A DNA stretch of 56,268 nt, from NCBI GenBank assembly GCA_016874535.1, contig VGUA01000001.1:107188-163455 (forward strand), read 5' to 3'. The DNA is from Gammaproteobacteria bacterium (lineage in GTDB: Bacteria > Pseudomonadota > Gammaproteobacteria > Ga0077536). This document shows, in pieces, positions 9,579-17,140 of the stretch. The notes beneath the pieces are model-generated. The model had not been told where the DNA came from. It did no database searches and saw nothing but the letters and a program-made list of their open reading frames with translations. The position numbers and the translations under genes are program-made. Within the stretch, counting starts at the first letter, position 1. Each line of letters starts with the position of its first letter.

Positions 9579-10294
9579 GGCCGCCCCGACTGGGCTTGCT
9601 CGCTTGCGACAGGCTGTGGGAGCCACTGCGCTCGGCCCACGGCGACTACGCCGAGATGTATTCCGCACTGTTGCGCGCCGCCGGTGCCGAGTTCGAGCTG
9701 GTATCGTGGGCGGTATATGCCGGCGAACTTCCTGCCAGCAGCGAGGCGTGTGATGCTTGGCTCGTCTCCGGATCACGTGCATCGGCCTTCGAAGATCGAC
9801 CGTGGATCGCTCCGCTGTTGGAGTTTGTGCGCGCCACCCACGCGACCGGCGTGCGTCAGGTGGGGATCTGCTTCGGTCACCAGGTGCTGGCCCACGCCCT
9901 TGGCGGCCGGGTCGAGCGTGCAGCGGGTGGCTGGGGGCTTGGCAATATCGAACTCACGCTGCGCGATCGCGCGGGCGTTCCCTCGAATGTTCCGGATCGT
10001 CCGCAGCTGTTCATGGCGCATCAGGATCAGGTGGTGAAACTCCCGCCGGGTGCCATGTGGCTCGCCGAGGCACCGCACTGTCCCCATGCGATGTTTGCAC
10101 TGGGCGGATCCACGCTCGGCATCCAGCCACATCCCGAATTCTCGGCCGCCTTCATGCGCGACATGACTCTGGACCAGTCCCTCAACCTTCCGGAGCCGCT
10201 GCGGGCGCAGGCGCTTGCGAGCTATGCGGCGCCGGTCGACAGCCTGGTGGTCGGGCGCTGGATCGCGCAATTCCTCGGCTTGCAGCGGGCCTGA
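9575..10294 (+). CDS. Class I glutamine amidotransferase-like protein (probable gamma-glutamylamide hydrolase)
   Basis: GICFGHQ nucleophile elbow, HQDQV and QPHPEF. ATGA coupling to the PhyH gene. Confidence 0.88.
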   Translation: MRPPRLGLLACDRLWEPLRSAHGDYAEMYSALLRAAGAEFELVSWAVYAGELPASSEACDAWLVSGSRASAFEDRPWIAPLLEFVRATHATGVRQVGICFGHQVLAHALGGRVERAAGGWGLGNIELTLRDRAGVPSNVPDRPQLFMAHQDQVVKLPPGAMWLAEAPHCPHAMFALGGSTLGIQPHPEFSAAFMRDMTLDQSLNLPEPLRAQALASYAAPVDSLVVGRWIAQFLGLQRA

Positions 10295-10377
10295 GTCGAA
10301 TGCACACCGGGGATGGGGCCGGGCGACCTTTCCGACGGCAAGGCCGGGCGCCGTGGTCCTGCGTGCCGGGACGTCTC

Positions 10378-11604
10378 TCAGCGCTTGAGCGTGGACAGTG
10401 CCTCGAGCAGCCGGTCGATCTCGGTCGGGGTGTTGTAGAGCGACACGCCAGTGCGCAGCAGGCCTCCGCGATCGACAAGTTGCAGCGACTCCAAGACCGC
10501 CATGGCGTAGAAGTGTCCGTGCCAGACCTGGATGCCGCGGCCAGCGATCTGCGCGGCGGCATCTGCGGCAGTGATGCCATCAATCGTGACCGACACCGTG
10601 GGCGCGCGCGTGACTTCCGCGCCCGGCCCCCACACGGTGATGGCGGGCAGCGTGGCGAGCCCCGCCAGATAGCGCTGCGCGAGGGTGTGTTCATAAGCAG
10701 CCAGCCCCTGCATGGTGTTTCGCAGACGCTCGCGCCGGCTTCCCCCGGGTGACAGACCGGCCAGATAGTCCACTGCTGCGCGCACGCCCATCAGGGCCGG
10801 ATGATTCGGGGTGCCGGTCTCGATTCGATGGGGCGCCGTGCTGTACTGGGCGCGCAGACGGTCTGTCTCCAGCTCATCCAGCAGTCCCGGCTTTGCATAC
10901 AGCACGCCGATATGCGGGCCATGGAATTTGTAGGCCGAACACAGCAGAAACTCGCAGTCGATGGCTTGCACATCGACAGGAAAATGCGCGGCATAGTGCA
11001 CGGCGTCGCATACCAGCCACGCGCCCACCGCACGCGTCAGCGCGCGAATCTCTGCGATCTCCGGCACCGTTCCCAGCGCATTCGAGGCGAGCGTCGTCGC
11101 CACCAGTTTGACGCGCGGGGTGAGCTTCGCGCGGAAGTCTTCCATGTCGAGCGAACCAGCACTGGTGATCGCCACCTCCTTCACCAGCACTCCATGCGCT
11201 GCCAAGGTCTGCCACGGACCGCGATTCGCTTCGTGATCAAGCCGCGTGATAAGCACTTCATCACCGGCCTTGAAGCGCCGCGCAAACGCCCGCGCGAGCG
11301 CAAAGTTGAAGCTCGTCATATTCGCGCCGAACGAGATGCAGGACGGGCTCTCCGCGCCCAGGAAATCCGCCATCGCGGCACGTGCCGCCTCGACCTCCAA
11401 TCCGACTTCCCGCGAACTGGCGAAGGCACCGCCCGCATTCACATTGCAGCGGTGATAGCCATCGGTCATGGCGTCAAGCACGGCCTGCGGCACCTGCGTG
11501 CCACCGGGTCCGTCGAGAAAGGCCAGCGGTTGCCCCTCGTGCTGGCGCAGCAGAGCGGGGAAATCGATGCGCGCGCGTTCGGCATCAGCGACGGTAAAGG
11601 GCAT
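10378..11604 (-). CDS. Cysteine desulfurase-like PLP enzyme (class V aminotransferase)
   Basis: FLDGPGGTQVP, LDHEANRGPW, DAVHYAAH, CSAYKFHGPHIG and IETGT motifs. GGAG RBS before ATG 11604. Confidence 0.88.
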   Translation of the reverse strand: MPFTVADAERARIDFPALLRQHEGQPLAFLDGPGGTQVPQAVLDAMTDGYHRCNVNAGGAFASSREVGLEVEAARAAMADFLGAESPSCISFGANMTSFNFALARAFARRFKAGDEVLITRLDHEANRGPWQTLAAHGVLVKEVAITSAGSLDMEDFRAKLTPRVKLVATTLASNALGTVPEIAEIRALTRAVGAWLVCDAVHYAAHFPVDVQAIDCEFLLCSAYKFHGPHIGVLYAKPGLLDELETDRLRAQYSTAPHRIETGTPNHPALMGVRAAVDYLAGLSPGGSRRERLRNTMQGLAAYEHTLAQRYLAGLATLPAITVWGPGAEVTRAPTVSVTIDGITAADAAAQIAGRGIQVWHGHFYAMAVLESLQLVDRGGLLRTGVSLYNTPTEIDRLLEALSTLKR

Positions 11605-11671
11605 CAGGCTTGCTCCTGCGAACTGGCAGTGGTTTTGGTCGAGTGAAGTAGCGGCCTCGCTGCGATTTGCG

Positions 11672-11700
11672 TTGGCGACCCCCGTTCCCAGCCATATACT
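11672..11700 (+). promoter_or_regulatory. Candidate sigma70 promoter for the TdnQ-like gene
   Basis: TTGGCG-N17-TATACT, 32 bp upstream of ATG 11733. Confidence 0.4.
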
Positions 11701-11732
11701 CAACTGGCCCATCCAAACGCAAGGGGACGGTC

Positions 11733-13208
11733 ATGAGCTCGATTCAGGACGGCAGCGTTGGTCAGGTCGATTTCATCACCCGCCATGGGCTCTACTCCGA
11801 TGAGCAACGCGAGGCCATTTCCCGCCTCAAGGCCGAGATCGAGCGTCTCGGGCTGCGCACCATCCGCATCGCCTGGTGCGATCAGCACGGACTGGTGCGC
11901 GGCAAGCATGTGATGGCGCACGACTTCCTGCTGGCACTGCGCAACGGCATCGACTTCCAGACCGCCACGCTCTTCATGGACACCACCAACAATCTGGCCG
12001 TACCGATGTTTGCAAAACAGGGCGGTGGAATCGGTGTCGCTTCGCTCTGCGGTGGGCCGGACGCCATCCTTGTGCCGGATCCGCTCACCTTTCAGGTGCT
12101 GCCCTGGGCGAAGAGCACCGGTTGGATACTGTCAGAGATGTATCTTAACAGCGGCGAGCCCATGCCCTTCGACACGCGCGCGCTTTTCAAGCGTCTGCTT
12201 GCGCAGAACCGCGCCAAAGGCTACGACTGGATTGGCGGTCTCGAGGTAGAGTTCTACATCTGCAAGCTCGAGGATCGCATGCTGCAGCCCGAGCAATCAG
12301 GCTGGCCGCCGGATCCACCGAAAGTCTCGGCGATTGCCCATGGCTTCCAGTACCTCACCGAAGAGCGGCAGGACGAAATCGATCCCATCCTGCAGATGCT
12401 GCACGACAACCTCTCACAGCTTGGCCTGCCGCTGCGCACGATGGAGGACGAATGGGGTCCGGGCCAGTGCGAGTTCACTTTTGATCCCACGCGAGGGGTC
12501 ACCAGCGCAGACCAGATGGTGCTGTTTCGCACGGCCACCAAACAGTTGTGCCGTCGGCACGGCTATCACGCCACCTTCATGACCCGTCCGGGTCTGCCCA
12601 ATTTCTTCTCCAGCGGCTGGCATTTGCATCAGTCGCTGTGCGATGTGAACAGCGGCGCCAACCTCTTTGCCAACATGGGCGACAGTGATGAGGTGCTCTC
12701 GCCGCTTGGCCGGCATTTTGTGGGCGGCCTGCTGGCGCACGCGGCGCCGGGTTGTGTGTTCTCGACACCCACCATCAACGGCTACAAGCGTTATCGCCCC
12801 AATTCCTTCGCCCCGGATCGCATCACCTGGGCCAGTGAAAATCGTGCGGCGATGATTCGCGTGCTTGGTGGGCCCGGCGATCGTGCTTCGCATATCGAGA
12901 ATCGCGCCGGCGAACCCTGCGCCAATCCCTATCTCTACATGGGCTCGCAGCTGGTGGCCGGCATGGACGGCGTGGCGCGCAAGCTCGACCCCGGCCCGCT
13001 GGAAGAAACGCCCTACGAATCGGCCAACGCCAAGCTGCCGCGCAGTCTCATGGAAGCCACTGCCGCGCTACGCGAGAGCAAGGTGTTTCGCGAGGGCTTT
13101 GGCGATGCCTTCGTTGACTACATGTTGTTGTTGAAGCAGAGCGAGATCGATCGCTTCCTGCAGCATGTGACCGACTGGGAGCATCGCGAATATTTTGAAA
13201 TGTTCTAG
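11733..13208 (+). CDS. Glutamine synthetase-like ligase of the TdnQ/AtdA1 (gamma-glutamylanilide synthetase) type
   Basis: DFITRHGLYSDEQREA...IRIAWCDQHGLVRGK, VPDPLTFQVLPWAKSTGW, EDEWGPGQCEFTFD, SGWHLHQSL and IENRAGEPCANPYLY match the recalled AtdA1/TdnQ layout. Confidence 0.85.
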   Translation: MSSIQDGSVGQVDFITRHGLYSDEQREAISRLKAEIERLGLRTIRIAWCDQHGLVRGKHVMAHDFLLALRNGIDFQTATLFMDTTNNLAVPMFAKQGGGIGVASLCGGPDAILVPDPLTFQVLPWAKSTGWILSEMYLNSGEPMPFDTRALFKRLLAQNRAKGYDWIGGLEVEFYICKLEDRMLQPEQSGWPPDPPKVSAIAHGFQYLTEERQDEIDPILQMLHDNLSQLGLPLRTMEDEWGPGQCEFTFDPTRGVTSADQMVLFRTATKQLCRRHGYHATFMTRPGLPNFFSSGWHLHQSLCDVNSGANLFANMGDSDEVLSPLGRHFVGGLLAHAAPGCVFSTPTINGYKRYRPNSFAPDRITWASENRAAMIRVLGGPGDRASHIENRAGEPCANPYLYMGSQLVAGMDGVARKLDPGPLEETPYESANAKLPRSLMEATAALRESKVFREGFGDAFVDYMLLLKQSEIDRFLQHVTDWEHREYFEMF

Positions 13209-13235
13209 GCCGCCGCGTGATCCGGAGGACACGAC

Positions 13236-13745
13236 ATGAGCAATTGGCGAGGCAATAAATTCGGTGGTCTGTCGCCGAGTGAATTGGATGAATTTCTCCA
13301 AGGTCCGTGGCTGGCGCGACTCGCCTGCCTCAAGCCCGACGGTTGGCCGTATGTGGTGCCGGTGTGGTACCACTGGGACGGTGCGGCCTTCTGGGTGGTT
13401 GGACGCGCGCGATCCGAGTGGTGTCTTTACATGGCGAAGGACGCGCGGGTCTCGCTGGTGGTGGATGAACCGACACCCCCCATCCGCAAGGTCATCTGCG
13501 AGGGGCTCGCGGAGGTGGTGGAGGAATCCGTCGGACCTTATCTGCCGTCCGGCGAGAAATCCTTGTGGAACAAGCTGGGTGAAGAACACACCGGCCCGCG
13601 CTATCTCGGTGAGCGCGCGCAGGAATATCGCGGATCAGTGAACGTGGAACCCTGCTGGACCTTCCGCATCGTGCCGCAGAAGCTGACCACCTGGCAGGGC
13701 TTCGGCTGGCACACCCGCTACAAGCACCCCGAACTCCACCCCTAA
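13236..13745 (+). CDS. Pyridoxamine 5'-phosphate oxidase-like (split-barrel flavin-binding) protein
   Basis: LSPSELDEFL...ARLACLKPDGWPYVVPVWY...DARVSLVVD. GGAGG RBS. Confidence 0.8.
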   Translation: MSNWRGNKFGGLSPSELDEFLQGPWLARLACLKPDGWPYVVPVWYHWDGAAFWVVGRARSEWCLYMAKDARVSLVVDEPTPPIRKVICEGLAEVVEESVGPYLPSGEKSLWNKLGEEHTGPRYLGERAQEYRGSVNVEPCWTFRIVPQKLTTWQGFGWHTRYKHPELHP

Positions 13746-13830
13746 CCGGAAATTAGTGACAGTTACCCTATTTCCCGTAATTGGTGACAGTTACCTGATT
13801 AACGGAAATAGGGTTACTGTCACCAATTCT
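13746..13830. repeat. Composite cluster of three hairpin (REP-like) units, orientation F-F-R
   Basis: GGAAATTAGTGACAGTTACCCTATTTCC (13748-13775), AATTGGTGACAGTTACCTGATT (13779-13800) and GGAAATAGGGTTACTGTCACCAATT (13804-13828). Confidence 0.92.
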
Positions 13831-13858
13831 TGCACCTATTCCCCGGGGGAGTGCCGGA

Positions 13859-15088
13859 GTGCCTGAGCAGTCAACCGCGTGGGCGCAAGACACACCGCCT
13901 TCGCTGGAGGCAGCTCTGCGCCGTATCGATGCCATCCGGCCGGGCGACTACGCGCGCACGCGCAATCATCTGCAGGGCGCGGTCACGGGCTTGTCTCCGT
14001 ATGTCACCCACGGGCTCATCACCCTCCGAGATGTGCTGGAGCGGGTGAATCAGAAGACCGCGCTCGCGGTCGGCCACAAGCTCGTCTATGAATTCGGCTG
14101 GCGGGAATATTTCCGGCATGTGTGGGCCTGTGAGTCGGACGGGATTTTTTCATCGTTTCACGAGGGGCCATGTACGGAGCGGGACTATGCGCGCGATCTG
14201 CCGGCTGACATCCGGGAGGCCCGCACGGGCGTGCCTGCGATCGATCAGGCCGTGCGGACGCTTTATGCGAGTGGCACCCTTCACAACCACGCCCGCATGT
14301 GGCTCGCAAGCTATGTGGTCCATCTCCGCCATGTGCACTGGCGCGCCGGAGCGGACTGGATGGTTGCGCACCTGCTGGATGGTGACTTGGCGAGCAATCA
14401 TCTCAGCTGGCAGTGGGTGGCGGGCACAGCAAGCCACAAACCCTATCTCTTCAATGCCGAGAATGTCGCGCGCTATGCACCGGCCTTCTGGCATAGCCCG
14501 GGCTCAGTGATTGATCAGTCTTACGCCGTTTTGGATGCAGTAGCCCGCGGGGCGCGCACGCCGGAGATGCGTGCAGGTGATGTGGTGGCGCAATCCTGCT
14601 TTGAAGTGGGCTTTGGTCTCGAGCCCATGCTGCAAGGGCAGCCCCCGGCTGGCCTTGGGCCTGCCACAGAAGTGCTGTCAGACACTGAGCGTTTCGCCGG
14701 AAGGGAGGTGTGGCTGGTCCATCCCTGGGCGCTGCGCGCTCCACCTGCTTCCCTCGCTTCCGATGCCGTGGTGCTCGGAATCTACTTGCAGGAATATCAC
14801 GCAACTTGGCCGTGGCCGGAGTCGCGCTGGCGCTGGGTGGCTGCGGCGATGGCTGCCGTCACGCCGCAGCGCTGGTTCGTCAATGCAAACGTGCTGGCGA
14901 GTGCATTGGCTGGCGCCGCCTGCGTGAGGACGGTCTCGGATCCGCATATCGACCGTTGGCTTGAACCGTTTGTGCAGCTGGACCCACCAACGCGACTATT
15001 CCCCGTCGTCAACCGCCGCTGCACCAGCTTTTCGCAGTGGTGGACGCGAGCGACGCGCGGACTGGAGCGCGCAGAGGAGTTGCTGTGA
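13859..15088 (+). CDS. DNA photolyase with N-terminal FAD-binding domain (inverted domain order, NewPHL-like)
   Basis: YARTRNHLQGAVTGLSPYVTHG, EFGWREYF, GTLHNHARMWLASY and LLDGDLASNHLSWQWVAGT all lie in the N-terminal half of a 409-aa protein. Confidence 0.82.
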   Translation: MPEQSTAWAQDTPPSLEAALRRIDAIRPGDYARTRNHLQGAVTGLSPYVTHGLITLRDVLERVNQKTALAVGHKLVYEFGWREYFRHVWACESDGIFSSFHEGPCTERDYARDLPADIREARTGVPAIDQAVRTLYASGTLHNHARMWLASYVVHLRHVHWRAGADWMVAHLLDGDLASNHLSWQWVAGTASHKPYLFNAENVARYAPAFWHSPGSVIDQSYAVLDAVARGARTPEMRAGDVVAQSCFEVGFGLEPMLQGQPPAGLGPATEVLSDTERFAGREVWLVHPWALRAPPASLASDAVVLGIYLQEYHATWPWPESRWRWVAAAMAAVTPQRWFVNANVLASALAGAACVRTVSDPHIDRWLEPFVQLDPPTRLFPVVNRRCTSFSQWWTRATRGLERAEELL

Positions 15089-15486
15089 GCAAAGCACGCG
15101 AGGACGAACAGCTGACAGTGTTGTATGACGGGGCCTGTCCCTTGTGCCGCCGGGAGATCTTGCATGTGAAAAACCTGGCGCAGCACCGGCCCGAGAGTGG
15201 GCTCTGCTTTCTTGATCTGAGTAGGATGGATGCAGAGCCGTTGCTGCCTTCAACAGAGCGCAGCATGCTGCTCGCGCGCTTCCACGTGCAGCGCCCGGAC
15301 GGGTCGAAAATCTCCGGCGCTGCGGCCTTTGTTGCGATGTGGCGGCGACTGCCCGGCTGGCGCTGGTTGGCGAAACTGTCCGATCTCCCGGGCATGCTGG
15401 TGCTGATGGAATGGGTCTACCGAGCATTCCTGCGGGTGCGTCCAGCATTGCAGGCCATCGCTCGTCGGCTGGACAAGTCCAAGTAG
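15085..15486 (+). CDS. DUF393 / DCC-family thiol-disulfide oxidoreductase
   Basis: TVLYDGACPLCRREI motif. GTGA overlap with the photolyase stop. Confidence 0.85.
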   Translation: MSKAREDEQLTVLYDGACPLCRREILHVKNLAQHRPESGLCFLDLSRMDAEPLLPSTERSMLLARFHVQRPDGSKISGAAAFVAMWRRLPGWRWLAKLSDLPGMLVLMEWVYRAFLRVRPALQAIARRLDKSK

Positions 15487-15584
15487 AAATGAGTGACGGG
15501 AAATGGGTGACAGTTACCCTATTTCCGTTAATTAGGTAACTGTCACCCATTACGGGAAATAGGGTAACTGCCACCCATTTCCGG
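15486..15584. repeat. Half-unit plus composite cluster of three REP-like units (F-R-R); inverted copy of 13746-13828
   Basis: GAAATGAGTGAC half-site (15486-15497), then units at 15499-15526, 15530-15551 and 15555-15582. The reverse complement of 15502-15584 matches 13746-13828 at 76/83 nt without gaps (manual count). Confidence 0.92.
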
Positions 15585-15611
15585 TACCGATAGTTTTGGG
15601 AGGGGCGCGTC

Positions 15612-16154
15612 ATGATTCGGAGCCTTTTGGCATTGTCACTGACGGCGTGGGCCGCGTTTGCTGCGGCGGAGTCTATCGACGATCTGCGCGCCCGTGCCGA
15701 GCAGGGCAGCAGCTACGCACAAGTGCTCATGGGCGTGAAGTATCACAAGGGCGATGGCGTGCCGCAGGATATGGCAGAGGCAGCGCGCTGGTCTCGGATG
15801 GCGGCGGAGCAGGGTGATTCCCGCGGGCAGTACAACCTGGGCGCCATGTACGATTCCGGCGATGGCGTCTCCCAAGACTTTGCCGAGGCCGCCGCATGGT
15901 ACCGAAAAGCGGCTGAGCAGGGAGATTCACGCGGACAATACAGTCTTGGCGACATGTACCAGCTTGGCCAAGGTGTGGATCAGAGCGATGTCGAAGCGTA
16001 TCGCTGGTTCAGCCTCGCCGCAGTGAGCGGAAACGATGACGCCATCCCCGCGATGCAACGTCTGGCACCGCAGATGACTGCTGAAGAAATCGCTGAAGCC
16101 GAGCGCCTGGCACAGGCATGGCAGCCGTTGAGGCGCGACCAAAAAAATCGGTGA
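15612..16154 (+). CDS. Secreted Sel1-repeat (TPR-like) protein
   Basis: Signal peptide MIRSLLALSLTAWAAFAAA and repeated AAEQGDSRGQYxLGxMY units. GGAGG RBS. Confidence 0.9.
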   Translation: MIRSLLALSLTAWAAFAAAESIDDLRARAEQGSSYAQVLMGVKYHKGDGVPQDMAEAARWSRMAAEQGDSRGQYNLGAMYDSGDGVSQDFAEAAAWYRKAAEQGDSRGQYSLGDMYQLGQGVDQSDVEAYRWFSLAAVSGNDDAIPAMQRLAPQMTAEEIAEAERLAQAWQPLRRDQKNR

Positions 16155-16182
16155 CAAAAATCGGTGACAGTTACCCTATTTC
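16143..16182 (+). repeat. REP-like unit preceded by a tandem half-site duplication
   Basis: AAAAATCGGTGAC AAAAATCGGTGAC AGTTACCCTATTTC. The half-site supplies the TGA stop of the Sel1 gene. Confidence 0.9.
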
Positions 16183-16207
16183 AGGCCGGCAGCCTTGGGG
16201 CCGAGAA

Positions 16208-17005
16208 ATGAACAAAAGCAGTTCGTCTGGAGAACAACGAGTTCGGATTCAAGGGCCAGACCACGACACTTCTCTGGTCTTTGATGTACGCGGTTGCGGG
16301 CGCGCTGCGCTCTATGTACATGGATGGAGCTGCAGCCGGACCGACATTGCCGCCGTTGCTGACCTGTTGGCTCCATCAAATCGGGTATACGCAGTCGACC
16401 TGCCACACCATGGGGCGTCGAGCAGCACAATTTCAAAGTGGACCATGGCAGGTCTCGGCGAGGTAGTGGCAGCGGTGGTGCGCCGACTCGGTCTTCGAGA
16501 TGTTGCTCTCATAGGGCATTCCATGGGCGCCGCTGTTGTGGTCGAGGCGGCGGCGTTGCTCGGAAGCAACGTGCGGCGAGTGATTGCCCTCGACGGCCTC
16601 AGCTATCTCAATGTCTACCCGCGTCAGGACGAAGCTTCTGTCGATGGGTTTGTCTCGCCGTTCGTGGCCAATTTCCGGGAAGCGATAAATCACTTCGTGA
16701 ACATGGCGATGCCAGGTTCGGACGAGACACTCAAACGGCACGTGGCGACGGTCATGAAGAGTGGGCCGTCCCAACATCGGGTGCCGATGCTCGCCGAGCT
16801 CCTGCGCTGGGATATGGATTCAGCGCTCGATCGACTCGTCGCGCAGATCAGCGTGCTGGCGGCGCGTCAGTTCCTTTCTGCCGAACTGGAGATCCGCTAC
16901 GGAAAACGGTTCGAGATCATTCCCACCGACCTCGGCGGCCATTTCTTTTTCATGGAGCAGCCGAGTGCAAGTGCGGAGATGCTCGAGTCGCTCCTGCGCC
17001 GATGA
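16208..17005 (+). CDS. Alpha/beta fold hydrolase
   Basis: YVHGW, AVDLPHHG, GHSMG nucleophile motif and GHFFFMEQP. Confidence 0.88.
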   Translation: MNKSSSSGEQRVRIQGPDHDTSLVFDVRGCGRAALYVHGWSCSRTDIAAVADLLAPSNRVYAVDLPHHGASSSTISKWTMAGLGEVVAAVVRRLGLRDVALIGHSMGAAVVVEAAALLGSNVRRVIALDGLSYLNVYPRQDEASVDGFVSPFVANFREAINHFVNMAMPGSDETLKRHVATVMKSGPSQHRVPMLAELLRWDMDSALDRLVAQISVLAARQFLSAELEIRYGKRFEIIPTDLGGHFFFMEQPSASAEMLESLLRR

Positions 17006-17073
17006 CATGGCGAACGGGTCCAGACTCACCACCCGGATCTCGTGAACCGTTGCCACCGACGACTCCGGGATCT

Positions 17074-17140
17074 GTGACTATTATCTGATTATCGGAAATA
17101 GGGTAACTGTCACCAATTTCAGGTGTCACCAATTTCAGGT
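17074..17140 (-). repeat. Degenerate short unit plus reverse REP-like unit with tandem half-site duplication
   Basis: Minus strand reads ACCTGAAATTGGTGAC ACCTGAAATTGGTGAC AGTTACCCTATTTCC GATAATCAGATAATAGTCAC. The half-site contains the TGA of 17135-18451. Confidence 0.88.

Noticed and set aside
12866-12876. TGGTGGGCCCG matching the tRNA 3' end as a possible att site
   Set aside because: Only 11 bp, GC-rich, and inside an intact GS-like CDS, so likely chance.
13775-13790. LexA/SOS box upstream of the photolyase (CCGT-N8-ACAG)
   Set aside because: It mismatches the invariant CTG, lacks an AT-alternating spacer, and arises from the repeat itself.
15780-15965. Internal ~108-bp periodic DNA similarity
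   Set aside because: Explained by ordinary 36-aa Sel1 protein repeats.
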